Part shown: piece after piece, positions 27,797-36,883 of the stretch | Layout of the letters: each line of letters opens with the position of its first letter | How positions within the stretch are numbered: position 1 is the first letter of the stretch | NCBI GenBank assembly: GCA_022750335.1 | Contig: JAKIVX010000003.1 | Location: 18,840 to 82,839, forward strand | Direction: 5' to 3' | Length of the DNA stretch: 64,000 bases | DNA from: Thermoplasmata archaeon | GTDB lineage: Archaea > Thermoplasmatota > Thermoplasmata > Lutacidiplasmatales > UBA184 | Translations under genes and position numbers: made by a program | The notes under the pieces: model-generated | Told to the model about the DNA's origin: nothing | The model's database searches: none | The model's input: only the letters and a program-made list of their open reading frames with translations

Positions 27797-29188
27797 GTAC
27801 CACGGTAGGACCGGGTGCAGCCAGGCCACCACCGCGAGGAAGGCTCCGGCGGGGATCCCCGTCAGGGCGAGCGGGAGGAGCGAGTGCCTCCGGAACGGGT
27901 GGATCCCCGAGATCACGGCGAGCTCGAGGAGCGGAAGCCCGGCAGCCGTGAAGGCGGCACTCGACCACGCGACGGCCGAGCCTACGCTCCCGTAGTGGGG
28001 GACCAGCCAGAACGCAAGGCCCACATCCACGAACGCGGCGACCACGGAGTTGTACGCCACGAGCCGGTTCTGACCCAAGGCGACCTGGGTGGCGCTCCCC
28101 GGTCCGAAGAGGGTCGTCGCGAACGCGCCGACGACGGTGATCTGTAGGGGTGCGATGACCGAGGTGTAGTGCGACCCGTAGACGAAGAGGAGCGACTGGC
28201 TCGGGAGGAAGAAGAAAAGCGTGAACAGCGGGAGGGAGAACAGGACCATCCATTTCGTGACAGTCGCGTAGGTCAGCTGGATCGAGTCGCGGTCGCCGTC
28301 TCGGAAAAACCGGGTCGTGACCGGTAGGAAGATGTACCCGACCGCGCCGATACCGACCTGGAGCAGTCGCGCGAGCGTCACGGAGGCGGAGTAAGCCCCG
28401 ACCGAGGTCGGAAAGTACAGCCCCAACACGATCGTGTCGCCGTTGCCCGTGAGGCTCGAGAGGATCGACGCGAGGAACAGAGGGGCGGCGAAGAGGAGGA
28501 GGCGCGGCATGGCTCCGGGCGCATGCGGCCCGGGAGGGAGCCGTCGGGGGAGTCGGAACGCGAGGTAGGCGACCGTGATCAGGAGGACGACCACGCTCGC
28601 CGTCGCGTAGGCGATGAGCGTGTATCGGAACGTGATCCCGCCCGGCTGCGCGAGTCCGACCAGGAGGAGCCCAAGGAAGATCGCGGGCGTGAGGATCTGG
28701 ATGAGGAGGGCGTTCGGGGTGACATCCTCGTATCCCTGGAAGATCGAGGCGATGAGGTTCGCTCCGATCGCCGACGCGACCGCGATGGAGAGGAATTGGA
28801 GGGCGATCCCGATGTCCACCTGCCCCAGTCGGGACCCGATGCTTGGCCCGACGAGGAAGAGCGTGACGGCGAGGACCGCCCCCGCCCCCTCCCCCAGAAG
28901 AAGGGTACCGCGCACCATCGTGCGACGTTCCGAATCGGAGGAGGCGAACGGCAGGCTCCGGGCGATCGCGTTCGGCAGGCCGAGGGTCCCGAACGCAGAG
29001 AGAAACCCCGCGAGGGTGAGCGACCAGGAGAAGGCGCTCCATTCGTCCGGCGAAATGCTCCGGACGACGAGGACCCGGGCCCCGAAGGTGATCGCGACGA
29101 ACAGGAGCGTCGCCACCAACAGGAAGAGGGTCCCGCGGGTGACGGTCGACAACCCCTCCCGCGTCCGATCGCTCGAGGGAGAATCCAC
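27614..29188 (-). CDS. Polysaccharide/oligosaccharide flippase (MOP/Wzx-like)
   Basis: 524 aa with about 12-14 TM helices and the typical Wzx-like organisation. No soluble domain. Confidence 0.75.
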   Translation of the reverse strand: MDSPSSDRTREGLSTVTRGTLFLLVATLLFVAITFGARVLVVRSISPDEWSAFSWSLTLAGFLSAFGTLGLPNAIARSLPFASSDSERRTMVRGTLLLGEGAGAVLAVTLFLVGPSIGSRLGQVDIGIALQFLSIAVASAIGANLIASIFQGYEDVTPNALLIQILTPAIFLGLLLVGLAQPGGITFRYTLIAYATASVVVLLITVAYLAFRLPRRLPPGPHAPGAMPRLLLFAAPLFLASILSSLTGNGDTIVLGLYFPTSVGAYSASVTLARLLQVGIGAVGYIFLPVTTRFFRDGDRDSIQLTYATVTKWMVLFSLPLFTLFFFLPSQSLLFVYGSHYTSVIAPLQITVVGAFATTLFGPGSATQVALGQNRLVAYNSVVAAFVDVGLAFWLVPHYGSVGSAVAWSSAAFTAAGLPLLELAVISGIHPFRRHSLLPLALTGIPAGAFLAVVAWLHPVLPWYLLPILALAVAGLFLLVVMATRSVDQGDRLLLEVIERLLGREIPLLRRVGRVLFRVRGPLR

Positions 29189-29280
29189 GTTCCTCCCCTA
29201 GCCTCCGGGGCCCCGCGGAACGGTAAAAAGGCACCGACCGAGCGGCACGGTTCTTGTAGCAGGAGGGGGCTCGGAGCTCC

Positions 29281-31335
29281 GTGAGCGTCCCGGGTCCCTC
29301 GGGGACTGTACTGGTTCTGGGTTTGCTCGGGCTCGCGGCGGCCTCGACCGTCCTGGGGGAGGGGGTCCGGCTCCTCGCGGTTCGGTGGGTCGGCTCCTGG
29401 AGAGACCTCGAGCTGGTCGAGCGGGGACTGCTCGACTTCTTCCTGGGCGGGGCCGCCCTGTACCTCCTCGCGGCCCTCCCGATCGGAGGGTTCTCCCTTC
29501 CGACCGTCGTCGCGGTCTTCCTCGCGGGCGGGGCCGGAGTGGGGTATGCGCTCCTTCGGGCGGTCGGCTCCCACCGCCGGGTCCTCCGCCCCACGATCGC
29601 ACGCCTGCTCCAGCCCGCGGTGCTCCTCTCGCTCCTCAGTGGCCTCGCCCTACTCGTCTTCGAGGTGGTGGTCGCCGTGCCCGTGGGGACCGGGAACACC
29701 TACGACTCGAGCCTTCTCACATTCTACACCGCCCGCCTTCTCGCGGGCCACCAACTCTCCTTCACCTTCCTTCCGTCCGCCTCCCTCGGGATCCTGTACC
29801 CCCAGGCGACCACCGCCTACCTGGGAACGGCCCAGCTCCTCCTCGGTCTTCCCGGGGCCCGGACGAGCCTCCTCCTGACCCCGCTCTTCTTCGGTCTCGC
29901 TCCGATCGGGGGGTTCGTCCTCGGACGGCGTCTTTTCTCGGGCGACCTCGGCGGTCTCGCCGTAGCCCTGCTGCTCACGCTGACCGCGAGCTGGAGTCGC
30001 GTGCTCGTGGGGGGCAGCAACGACTTCGTGTTCGCCTTCCCCCTCGTGCTTTGGCTCGCCGGACAATCGATCGGGTGGATGCGGACCATCCCGACGCAGG
30101 CCGACGCCCTGGGTTTCGGGTTGGTGCTCGGCTACTCCGCGGCTCTCAACCCGATGGGGGCGGAGTGGCTCGTACCAGCCCTCGTGCTTGCGGCCCTCTT
30201 CGTCGGTCCCCGGTTCGCGGGGTCGGCGCGCCGATGGCTCGCCCGTTGGGGAATGGCCGTGCTGGCCGCCCTCGTTCCCCTCGTTCCGACCTGGTACGTC
30301 GTGGCGCGAGGTCTCGCTTCTCCCGGATTCGTTTCGGGGGCGGGCGCGCGCCCCGGGGTTTCCGAGGGCACGGAATTCTCCCGGTTCGTAGGGTGGGTGG
30401 ACCCCTACCTGTTCCGTCCTTCGGACGTATGGCTCTCCCCGGTCCCATTCCTCCGGGCCGAACTCGCGATCCTCCTCACCATAGGACTCGCCCTCCTGTT
30501 GTTCGTGGGCCGGGCGACCCTCGGCCCTCGTTTCGGGGCGGTCCGGGCGTTCCTGGCGGCGGGCCTCCTCGCGACGTGGGGATTGCTCGTGCTCAGCTGG
30601 GTCGGGTCTACGGGCGGGAACTGGGCGATCCTCGTCAGCCTAGTGAGCTCGTCCGAAGCCTCGATCTGGCTGTTCACTTTCTACACTCTACTCGCGGCCC
30701 TCCCCCTCGTCCTCGTCCTCGAGTGGGCGGTCCGCGCCAATCGACGCCCCGAGGTGGTGCCTCCCGAACCGGCCCGCACCCCGCTCCACCGGGCGGTACG
30801 TCTGCGGGAGACTGCCCTGGCCGTGCTGCCCGTGGTGCTCGCGCTCCTGATCATCCTCCCGGGGGCGGCCCTGACCCCGACGCAACTGCCTCCCGTCCTC
30901 TCGACGCTCTACCACGACTTCGGAAACGTCACCCCGGCCGAATTCGCCCTGCTCGAGTACGCGGGGAGCCACCTGCCGACCGGCGCCCGGGTCCTGGTGG
31001 CGCCGGGGAGCGCGGGGGAGTTCTTGCCCGCCTACGACCCGTCGGCGGTTCTGCTCTACCCGATGCTTCCGGGATGGAACGAGTTCAACGCGTCGTACGC
31101 GCTCGTCGTGAGCGAACTGACGAACGCTACGCTCGAACCGGGGGGGCACGCCGCCCTTCGGATACTGAACGTCCAGTACGTCATCGTGACCCCCGCCAGC
31201 ACCGTGCTCTGGCCGGCGTTTTCTCCGGCCCCGCTTCCGAGCGCCTTCGGCATCCTCATCTACGTGAACGAAGGGAGCTCCCTCTGGGAGATCCCCCAGC
31301 CCGCTCCGTCGGGTCCGCCCGGTCCGGTCTACTAG
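29281..31335 (+). CDS. Large polytopic membrane protein, possible GT-C-type glycosyltransferase or polymerase
   Basis: GTG start. 684 aa with more than 12 TM helices followed by a ~180-aa soluble C-terminal domain. Divergent from the flippase. No WWDYG-type AglB motif seen. Confidence 0.6.
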   Translation: MSVPGPSGTVLVLGLLGLAAASTVLGEGVRLLAVRWVGSWRDLELVERGLLDFFLGGAALYLLAALPIGGFSLPTVVAVFLAGGAGVGYALLRAVGSHRRVLRPTIARLLQPAVLLSLLSGLALLVFEVVVAVPVGTGNTYDSSLLTFYTARLLAGHQLSFTFLPSASLGILYPQATTAYLGTAQLLLGLPGARTSLLLTPLFFGLAPIGGFVLGRRLFSGDLGGLAVALLLTLTASWSRVLVGGSNDFVFAFPLVLWLAGQSIGWMRTIPTQADALGFGLVLGYSAALNPMGAEWLVPALVLAALFVGPRFAGSARRWLARWGMAVLAALVPLVPTWYVVARGLASPGFVSGAGARPGVSEGTEFSRFVGWVDPYLFRPSDVWLSPVPFLRAELAILLTIGLALLLFVGRATLGPRFGAVRAFLAAGLLATWGLLVLSWVGSTGGNWAILVSLVSSSEASIWLFTFYTLLAALPLVLVLEWAVRANRRPEVVPPEPARTPLHRAVRLRETALAVLPVVLALLIILPGAALTPTQLPPVLSTLYHDFGNVTPAEFALLEYAGSHLPTGARVLVAPGSAGEFLPAYDPSAVLLYPMLPGWNEFNASYALVVSELTNATLEPGGHAALRILNVQYVIVTPASTVLWPAFSPAPLPSAFGILIYVNEGSSLWEIPQPAPSGPPGPVY

Positions 31336-32231
31336 ACGAACTCGTCCAGGATCGCGGTCCGGCCTTTGATGCCCGAGGGCTGGAGCGCGAGCGGTCCGGC
31401 CGCCAGCACCTCCTCGAGGTCCTCGTACGTCGGCCGTTCCGTCTTGTAGAACAGGCCGATCGGGATCTTGTCGCCCCACTCGAGGGACCGCTCGAACGCC
31501 GCGACGATGTTCGCGGGGTCGTGTCCCGCGCTCTCGAGCTTGTAGACCCGCTGGCGGAAGAAATCGAAGGTGTTGATCTTGTTGTACGTGACGCAGGGGC
31601 TGAAGACGTCCACGAAGGCGAACCCCTTGTGCTGGATGCCGCCGGCGACCAGGTCGGCCAGTTGCTTCACATCGCCCGAGAAGCCCCGTGCGACGTAGGT
31701 GGCCCCGCTCGCGAGAGCGAGGGCGATGGGGTCGATCGGGTGCTCGATCACCCCGGTCGGGGTCGACTTCGTCTTCTGGCCCATCGTCGAGGTCGGGCTC
31801 GCCTGACCGGTCGTCAGGCCGTAGATCTGGTTGTCCATCGTGACGTACGTCATGTCGACGTTGCGCCGCATCGTGTGGACAAAGTGACCGACCCCGATGC
31901 CGAACCCGTCGCCGTCCCCACCAGTTCCGATGACCGTCAGTCCGTGGTTCGCCCACCGGATCCCCTCGGCGACAGGCAGCGAGCGTCCGTGGATGGCATG
32001 GAAGCCGTAGGACGAGAGAAAGTGCGGTAGGTTGGACGAACAACCGATCCCCGACACGATGACGACATTGTGGACGGGGATCTGGAGGCGCTTCACGGCC
32101 ATCTCGACCGCGGCGACCACGCCGAAGTCCCCACACCCGGGACACCAAGTGGGCTTGGTGTCCGATTTTCCGATGAGGGGCAGCGCGCTCCCCGTCGGGG
32201 TCGGCATCACCCGTGCGCTACTATCCGCCAT
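31332..32231 (-). CDS. korB: 2-oxoacid:ferredoxin oxidoreductase subunit beta
   Basis: 'TWCPGCGDFGV' and TPP-binding 'GTGGDGDGFGIG'. Confidence 0.9.
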   Translation of the reverse strand: MADSSARVMPTPTGSALPLIGKSDTKPTWCPGCGDFGVVAAVEMAVKRLQIPVHNVVIVSGIGCSSNLPHFLSSYGFHAIHGRSLPVAEGIRWANHGLTVIGTGGDGDGFGIGVGHFVHTMRRNVDMTYVTMDNQIYGLTTGQASPTSTMGQKTKSTPTGVIEHPIDPIALALASGATYVARGFSGDVKQLADLVAGGIQHKGFAFVDVFSPCVTYNKINTFDFFRQRVYKLESAGHDPANIVAAFERSLEWGDKIPIGLFYKTERPTYEDLEEVLAAGPLALQPSGIKGRTAILDEFV

Positions 32232-33972
32232 GGTTCATCTCCTCGAGCCCCCGAGCGACGATCTCGTGGGGATAGAAGGGTTCGCCGTCGTACTTGAGCA
32301 GGCGACTCGTGAGGTGCACCCCCGATTCGGCGCGCAGGAGTCGGCCGAACTGGCCAGAATAGTTCGCCTCCACGAGGAGCGTGCGGTGCGCGCGTCCGAA
32401 GGCGAGGGTGACCGCGGAGGGGTCGAGGGGATAGACGGTCGGGAAGTAGAGGAGGTTGGTCGGATGACCTTGGGCCGCGAGCTGGGCCATGGCGTCCCGG
32501 ATCGGGCCGACCGTGGACCCCCACGCGACGAACGTCAGGGGCGCGTCGGCCGGTCCCTCCCACACGAGCGGCTCGGAGTTCGCAAGCAACCCCTTCAACT
32601 TGCCCATCCGCTTGTCCATCATCCGGGTTCGTTCGGCGACCCAGCGGGGGATACCGGACTTTGTATCGGACACCAAATGCCCCTTCTCGTCGTGCTCGTC
32701 CGAGCCCGCGATGAACTGGAGGCCGGCCTGGCCGGGGAGGGCCCGCGGGGAGACCCCGGAGTCCGTGTACCGATAGCGCAGGTACTCGTGGCCGTTCGGT
32801 TGGACCGCGAACAGGCTGGATGGCTCGAGGTCGAGCGGGATCTCGTCCCGGTCGACGGTGAAGTGGCTCTCCGAGAGATGCAGGTCGCTCGCCAGCAAGA
32901 TCGGGGTCTGCCACGCCTCGGCCAGCTCGAACGCGCGGATGGTGGCGTGGTAGGCGTCCTTCGCGTGCGTCGGCGCGAGGATCGCGCGGGGGAACTCTCC
33001 CTGCCCCGCCCCGAGCATGAGGTTGAGGTCGCCTTGCTCGGTCTTGGTCGGGAGTCCGGTCGAGGGACCCGAGCGCTGCGACTCGACGACGACGAGCGGG
33101 GTCTCCGTCATCCCCGCCATCCCGAGCGCCTCGACCATGAGGGAGAAGCCGCCCCCGCTCGTCGCGGTCATCGCCCGGACGCCGCCGAACGACGCGCCGA
33201 TCGCCATGTTGATGGCAGCGATCTCGTCCTCGGCCTGTTTGACGACGATCCCGAAGTCCTGGGCATGGGCGGCCAAGTAATGCAGCACCCCGGACGCCGG
33301 GGTCATCGGGTACTGGGCGAGGAACTTGAGTCCCGCGGCGGCGGCACCCAGCGCGATCGCTTGATTGCCCGTCATGAGGAGCTTCGCGGCCCCCGCCTTC
33401 CGGACGGCGTGGTCGTTCGCGCTCGCGTGGGTCTCGGCGAAGTGGTAGCCGTCGGCCGACGCACCGAGGTTCCAAGTGACGACGTCACCGGCCTTGCGCC
33501 CGAACGAGTCGGTCAGGACCTGGTGCAGGATGTCGAGCGGGATGCCGGATAGGAACGCGGTGGCGCCGATCCCTCCGGCGTTCTGGAGGATCGACTGGCT
33601 CGTGTGCTTCCGGGCGAACTCGAGCGTCGGCACCGGGAGGGCCGTGACCCCGGCCGGAAGTTCGCTGGCAGAGACGGCGAACTTTTCTGGGTCGAAGACC
33701 ACCGTGCCACCGCGGCGGAGACCGGCCGCGTGTACATCGACGGTCTGCCGGTCGAGCGCGTAGAGAATGTCGAGACCGTCACCCTGGGAGTGGGGGCGCC
33801 CGTCGCCGGTGCGTGCCTGGTACCAGACATGCCCGCCGCGGATGACCGACTGGTAGGCGTTGAGGCCGAACACATGGAGACCCATGCGGGAGAAACAACG
33901 GGCGATCGTCTCACCGACCGAGGCGATCCCATCACCGGCCTGACCTCCCGACCGGACTGAAAGTTCATACAT
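32221..33972 (-). CDS. korA: 2-oxoacid:ferredoxin oxidoreductase subunit alpha (fused gamma-alpha type)
   Basis: N-terminal gamma-like 'GGQAGDGI' followed by alpha-domain 'GNQAIALGAAAAG...YPMTPAS'. 583 aa. 11-nt overlap with korB. Confidence 0.9.
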   Translation of the reverse strand: MYELSVRSGGQAGDGIASVGETIARCFSRMGLHVFGLNAYQSVIRGGHVWYQARTGDGRPHSQGDGLDILYALDRQTVDVHAAGLRRGGTVVFDPEKFAVSASELPAGVTALPVPTLEFARKHTSQSILQNAGGIGATAFLSGIPLDILHQVLTDSFGRKAGDVVTWNLGASADGYHFAETHASANDHAVRKAGAAKLLMTGNQAIALGAAAAGLKFLAQYPMTPASGVLHYLAAHAQDFGIVVKQAEDEIAAINMAIGASFGGVRAMTATSGGGFSLMVEALGMAGMTETPLVVVESQRSGPSTGLPTKTEQGDLNLMLGAGQGEFPRAILAPTHAKDAYHATIRAFELAEAWQTPILLASDLHLSESHFTVDRDEIPLDLEPSSLFAVQPNGHEYLRYRYTDSGVSPRALPGQAGLQFIAGSDEHDEKGHLVSDTKSGIPRWVAERTRMMDKRMGKLKGLLANSEPLVWEGPADAPLTFVAWGSTVGPIRDAMAQLAAQGHPTNLLYFPTVYPLDPSAVTLAFGRAHRTLLVEANYSGQFGRLLRAESGVHLTSRLLKYDGEPFYPHEIVARGLEEMNHGG

Positions 33973-33994
33973 CGGCCGTTCGAGGAGCCATCGG

Positions 33995-34001
33995 TATTAA
34001 T
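33995..34001. promoter_or_regulatory. Putative shared TATA element for divergent korAB and moaDE
   Basis: 'cggTATTAATcgg'. Its centre is ~25 nt from both the korA ATG (33972, minus strand) and the moaD ATG (34023, plus strand). Confidence 0.5.
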
Positions 34002-34022
34002 CGGTTGTGCGGTGCGCCCTCG

Positions 34023-34319
34023 ATGACCGAGCCCGGAAGCGCGACGCGACGCGCGACGGCCGCGGCCGGGCACGCCCGGTTGCTGCTGTTCTCCACGGCG
34101 CGAACCGCGGTCGGAAAGGGGGCTCTCGACTGGCCAGTGCCGGCCCAAGGGACTCCGGTCCGCGAGCTTTTGGACGAACTTACCCGCGCGCACCCCGCCC
34201 TCAACGCGATCCTGGCCCACAGCCGCATCTTCCACGACGGAGTTCCCGTGTTCCGCCTGGACGAGCGGGTCCGCGCGGGCGACGAACTGGCGGTCCATCC
34301 GCCGTACGGAGGAGGGTAG
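34023..34319 (+). CDS. moaD: MoaD/ThiS-family ubiquitin-like sulfur carrier
   Basis: ~98 aa ending in '...VHPPYGGG' (C-terminal Gly-Gly). Immediately upstream of moaE. Confidence 0.75.
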   Translation: MTEPGSATRRATAAAGHARLLLFSTARTAVGKGALDWPVPAQGTPVRELLDELTRAHPALNAILAHSRIFHDGVPVFRLDERVRAGDELAVHPPYGGG

Positions 34320-34321
34320 CC

Positions 34322-34762
34322 GTGTCCGTCCGGCTGAGCTCTCGTCCCCTCGTCCCGTCTGCGGCGTACCGGGACCTGGAGGACCCGACGCTGGGGGGTG
34401 TGGTTCTCTTTGCTGGGAGGGTCCGCGCGGACCCGACCGAGGCGGGTACCGTGCGCGCGTTGATCTACGAGACGCACCGGGGACCGGCGCTTCGGGTCAT
34501 GGAGGAGCTCGAGAACGAAGTGAAGCGGCGCTTCGGTGCGGGACGGGCGGTCGTATGGCACCGCGTCGGTCGCGTTCGGGTCGGGGAGATCGCGGTCATC
34601 GTCGGGGCGGCGTGCGGCCACCGCGAGCCGGCGTTCGAGGCGGCGCGGTACCTGATCGAGCAGCTGAAGCGGACGGTGCCGGTCTGGAAAGAGGCGCGAG
34701 CACGACCCGGGCGTCCACCGCCACGACCCCGGCCCCGACGCCGCGCACGATCAACGGGTTGA
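34322..34762 (+). CDS. moaE: Molybdopterin synthase catalytic subunit
   Basis: GTG start 3 nt after the moaD stop. 'GGVVLFAGRVR...VRALIYETH...IAVIVGAACGHREPAFEAARYLIEQLKRTVPVWKE'. The basic P/R tail overlaps the convergent acd gene. Confidence 0.8.
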   Translation: MSVRLSSRPLVPSAAYRDLEDPTLGGVVLFAGRVRADPTEAGTVRALIYETHRGPALRVMEELENEVKRRFGAGRAVVWHRVGRVRVGEIAVIVGAACGHREPAFEAARYLIEQLKRTVPVWKEARARPGRPPPRPRPRRRARSTG

Positions 34763-36815
34763 GGTCAAGCTCGGCGACCTCCGGTAAGGTCACGGCGAGC
34801 TGGGAGACCCGCTCGATCGCCTCCGCCAGCGCGTCGAGGTCGCTGGGCGGTTCTCCGCGGACCCCTTGCAAGAGCGGGAACGCCTTCACTGACTCGATCA
34901 TGTGGCGGGCCGAAAGGGGCCGGACCGGCGCGAGCCGGAACGTCACGTCCCGGAGCACCTCGACATAGATCCCACCGAGGCCGAAGACCACCACGGGCCC
35001 GAACCCCGGATCGCGCTGGAGCCCGATGAGCACCTCCTTCCCGCCGCGGATCTCCGCCTCGACCTCGAACCCCTCGAGCCGGGCCTTCGGAGCGCGGCTA
35101 TGCACGGTCTCGGTCATGGTGCGGACCGCGCCCCGCACGGCGTCCGCATCCTCGAGGTGCAGCACCACTCCACCGACCTCGGTCTTGTGCGAGATGTCCG
35201 GTGAGGTAACCTTGAGAACGACCGGATACCCGACCTCTTCGGCGGCCGCGACCGCCTCCGTCGCATTCCGCGCCCGCCGGGACGCGGCGAACCGGATCCC
35301 GAACGCCTCGAGGAGCTCGCGGGCCGCATACTCGGGAAGGACCGTCGCGCCGGCCCGGTGGGCGCGGGCGATCACGGAGCGGGCCGCTCGAAGGTCGACG
35401 GGAAACTTTCGGACCTCGGTCCGGGGCCGGTTCAGCCAGCTCCGATAGCGCGCGAGGCTTCCCAGTCCTTGGATCGCCTCCTCGGGGAACGTGAAGGATG
35501 GAACTCCGCCGGACTCGAGCTGCCCGACGGCGTCGGCGAGGTCGGTGAGGCCGAACAGGCACGCGGCGACCGCTTTCGGGCTGCGCGCATGGGCCTCGAG
35601 GATCGCCCGGGCGACCGCCTCCCCGGTCAGGGTGCCGGTCGGGGTCGCGATCGCCAGCACGCCGTCCGTTCCCGGCGCGTCGAGCAGGATCCGGAGGGCC
35701 GTGCTGATCTGAGCCGGTTTCGCGTCGGCCGTCATGTCGAGAGGGTTCGCGAGGGCCGCCGAAGGGGAAAGGATGCGGGCGAGCTTCGCCCGCTGGGATT
35801 CCGTGGGCATCGGCAGTTCGAGTCCGTGGCGAACGGCTGCGTCGGCCGCCACGATGCCGGGGCCCCCCGAATTCGTCAGGATGGCGAGCCTCGGACCGTC
35901 CAGGTGCAACCCGGCCGCGAAGACCTTCGCGGTCCGGAACAGCTCGCCGATCGAGTCAACCCGTTGGACTCCCGATTGCTCGAAGAGCGCGTCGAAGAGC
36001 TGGTCGCGCCCGGACTGGGCGAGCGAACCGGTGTGGCTGCGCGCAGCCCGCTCCCCCGCCGGAGTTCGACCGCTCTTGATGACGAGGACCGGTTTCACCT
36101 CGGTGACCTCGCGGGCCGCCTCGAGGAACTTCCGCCCGTTGGCCAGGCTCTCGACGTAGAGCAGGATGACCCGCGTGGCGGGGTCGCGGCCGAGCGACCG
36201 GAGGAGGTCGTTCTCGTCGACCCCGGCCCGGTTCCCGACCGAGACGAACTGGGAGAATCCGATCCGCTCGGCGATCCCGTACTGGAGGATGCCCGCGCAC
36301 AGCGCGCCGCTCTGGGAGACGAACGCGATGTTCCCGCGGGGCGGGAGGCTCTCACTGAACGTCGCGTTGAGGCTGACCGCCGGGTCGGTGTTGAGGAGCC
36401 CAAAGCAGTTCGGGCCGACCAGCGCCATCCGGTACTGTTGGGCCACGCGGACCAGTTCCTCCTCGAGGGCCACGCCGTCGCCTCCGACCTCCCGGAACCC
36501 GGACGAGATCACGATGACCCCGCGCGTGCCGGCGCGGCCGAGTTGACGGACCACGTCCGACACGACCCGCGCCGGCACGATCACGATCCCCAAATCCGGG
36601 GCTTCGGGCAGATGGCCGACGTCGGGGTAACAGTGGACGCCGGAGACACTGGACGAGGAGGGGTTCACGGGGTAGACGACTCCCCGGAATCCGGCCTGGA
36701 GGATGTTGCGGAACAGGCTCATTCCGACCGTGCCCGGCCGGTTCGAGGCACCGACGACGGCGATGGACCGGGGAGTGAACAGTTCCCCCAGCCCTCCGGA
36801 GCGGATCGAGCTCAT
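34596..36815 (-). CDS. acd: ADP-forming acetyl-CoA synthetase (fused alpha-beta, NDP-forming acyl-CoA synthetase family)
   Basis: 'LFTPRSIAVVGASNRPGTVG' CoA-binding, 'GPNCFGLLN', 'FVSQSGAL', C-terminal ATP-grasp 'YPVVLKV...HKTEVGGV'. Start trimmed to ATG 36815 (MSSIRSGG). Confidence 0.9.
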   Translation of the reverse strand: MSSIRSGGLGELFTPRSIAVVGASNRPGTVGMSLFRNILQAGFRGVVYPVNPSSSSVSGVHCYPDVGHLPEAPDLGIVIVPARVVSDVVRQLGRAGTRGVIVISSGFREVGGDGVALEEELVRVAQQYRMALVGPNCFGLLNTDPAVSLNATFSESLPPRGNIAFVSQSGALCAGILQYGIAERIGFSQFVSVGNRAGVDENDLLRSLGRDPATRVILLYVESLANGRKFLEAAREVTEVKPVLVIKSGRTPAGERAARSHTGSLAQSGRDQLFDALFEQSGVQRVDSIGELFRTAKVFAAGLHLDGPRLAILTNSGGPGIVAADAAVRHGLELPMPTESQRAKLARILSPSAALANPLDMTADAKPAQISTALRILLDAPGTDGVLAIATPTGTLTGEAVARAILEAHARSPKAVAACLFGLTDLADAVGQLESGGVPSFTFPEEAIQGLGSLARYRSWLNRPRTEVRKFPVDLRAARSVIARAHRAGATVLPEYAARELLEAFGIRFAASRRARNATEAVAAAEEVGYPVVLKVTSPDISHKTEVGGVVLHLEDADAVRGAVRTMTETVHSRAPKARLEGFEVEAEIRGGKEVLIGLQRDPGFGPVVVFGLGGIYVEVLRDVTFRLAPVRPLSARHMIESVKAFPLLQGVRGEPPSDLDALAEAIERVSQLAVTLPEVAELDLNPLIVRGVGAGVVAVDARVVLAPLSRPAPSASAARSGTAPPRTPARGGRTPPRR

Positions 36816-36852
36816 GCTACCGTTTCCCCGGCGGTGGAGCGCCGGAGCCTCC

Positions 36853-36860
36853 ATAATATA
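36853..36860. promoter_or_regulatory. Putative shared TATA element between acd and the Mrp/NBP35 gene
   Basis: 'ccATAATATAga' in the divergent gap. ~41 nt from the acd ATG (36815) and ~27 nt from ATG 36884. Confidence 0.45.
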
Positions 36861-36883
36861 GACCCCTCGGCGTGGAGCGCCCC

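Noticed and set aside
27678-32030. 673-aa (minus) and 881-aa (plus) ORFs overlapping the flippase, the polytopic membrane protein and korB
   Set aside because: Arg/Pro/Gly-rich alternative frames of real membrane-protein and korB genes. No support beyond length.
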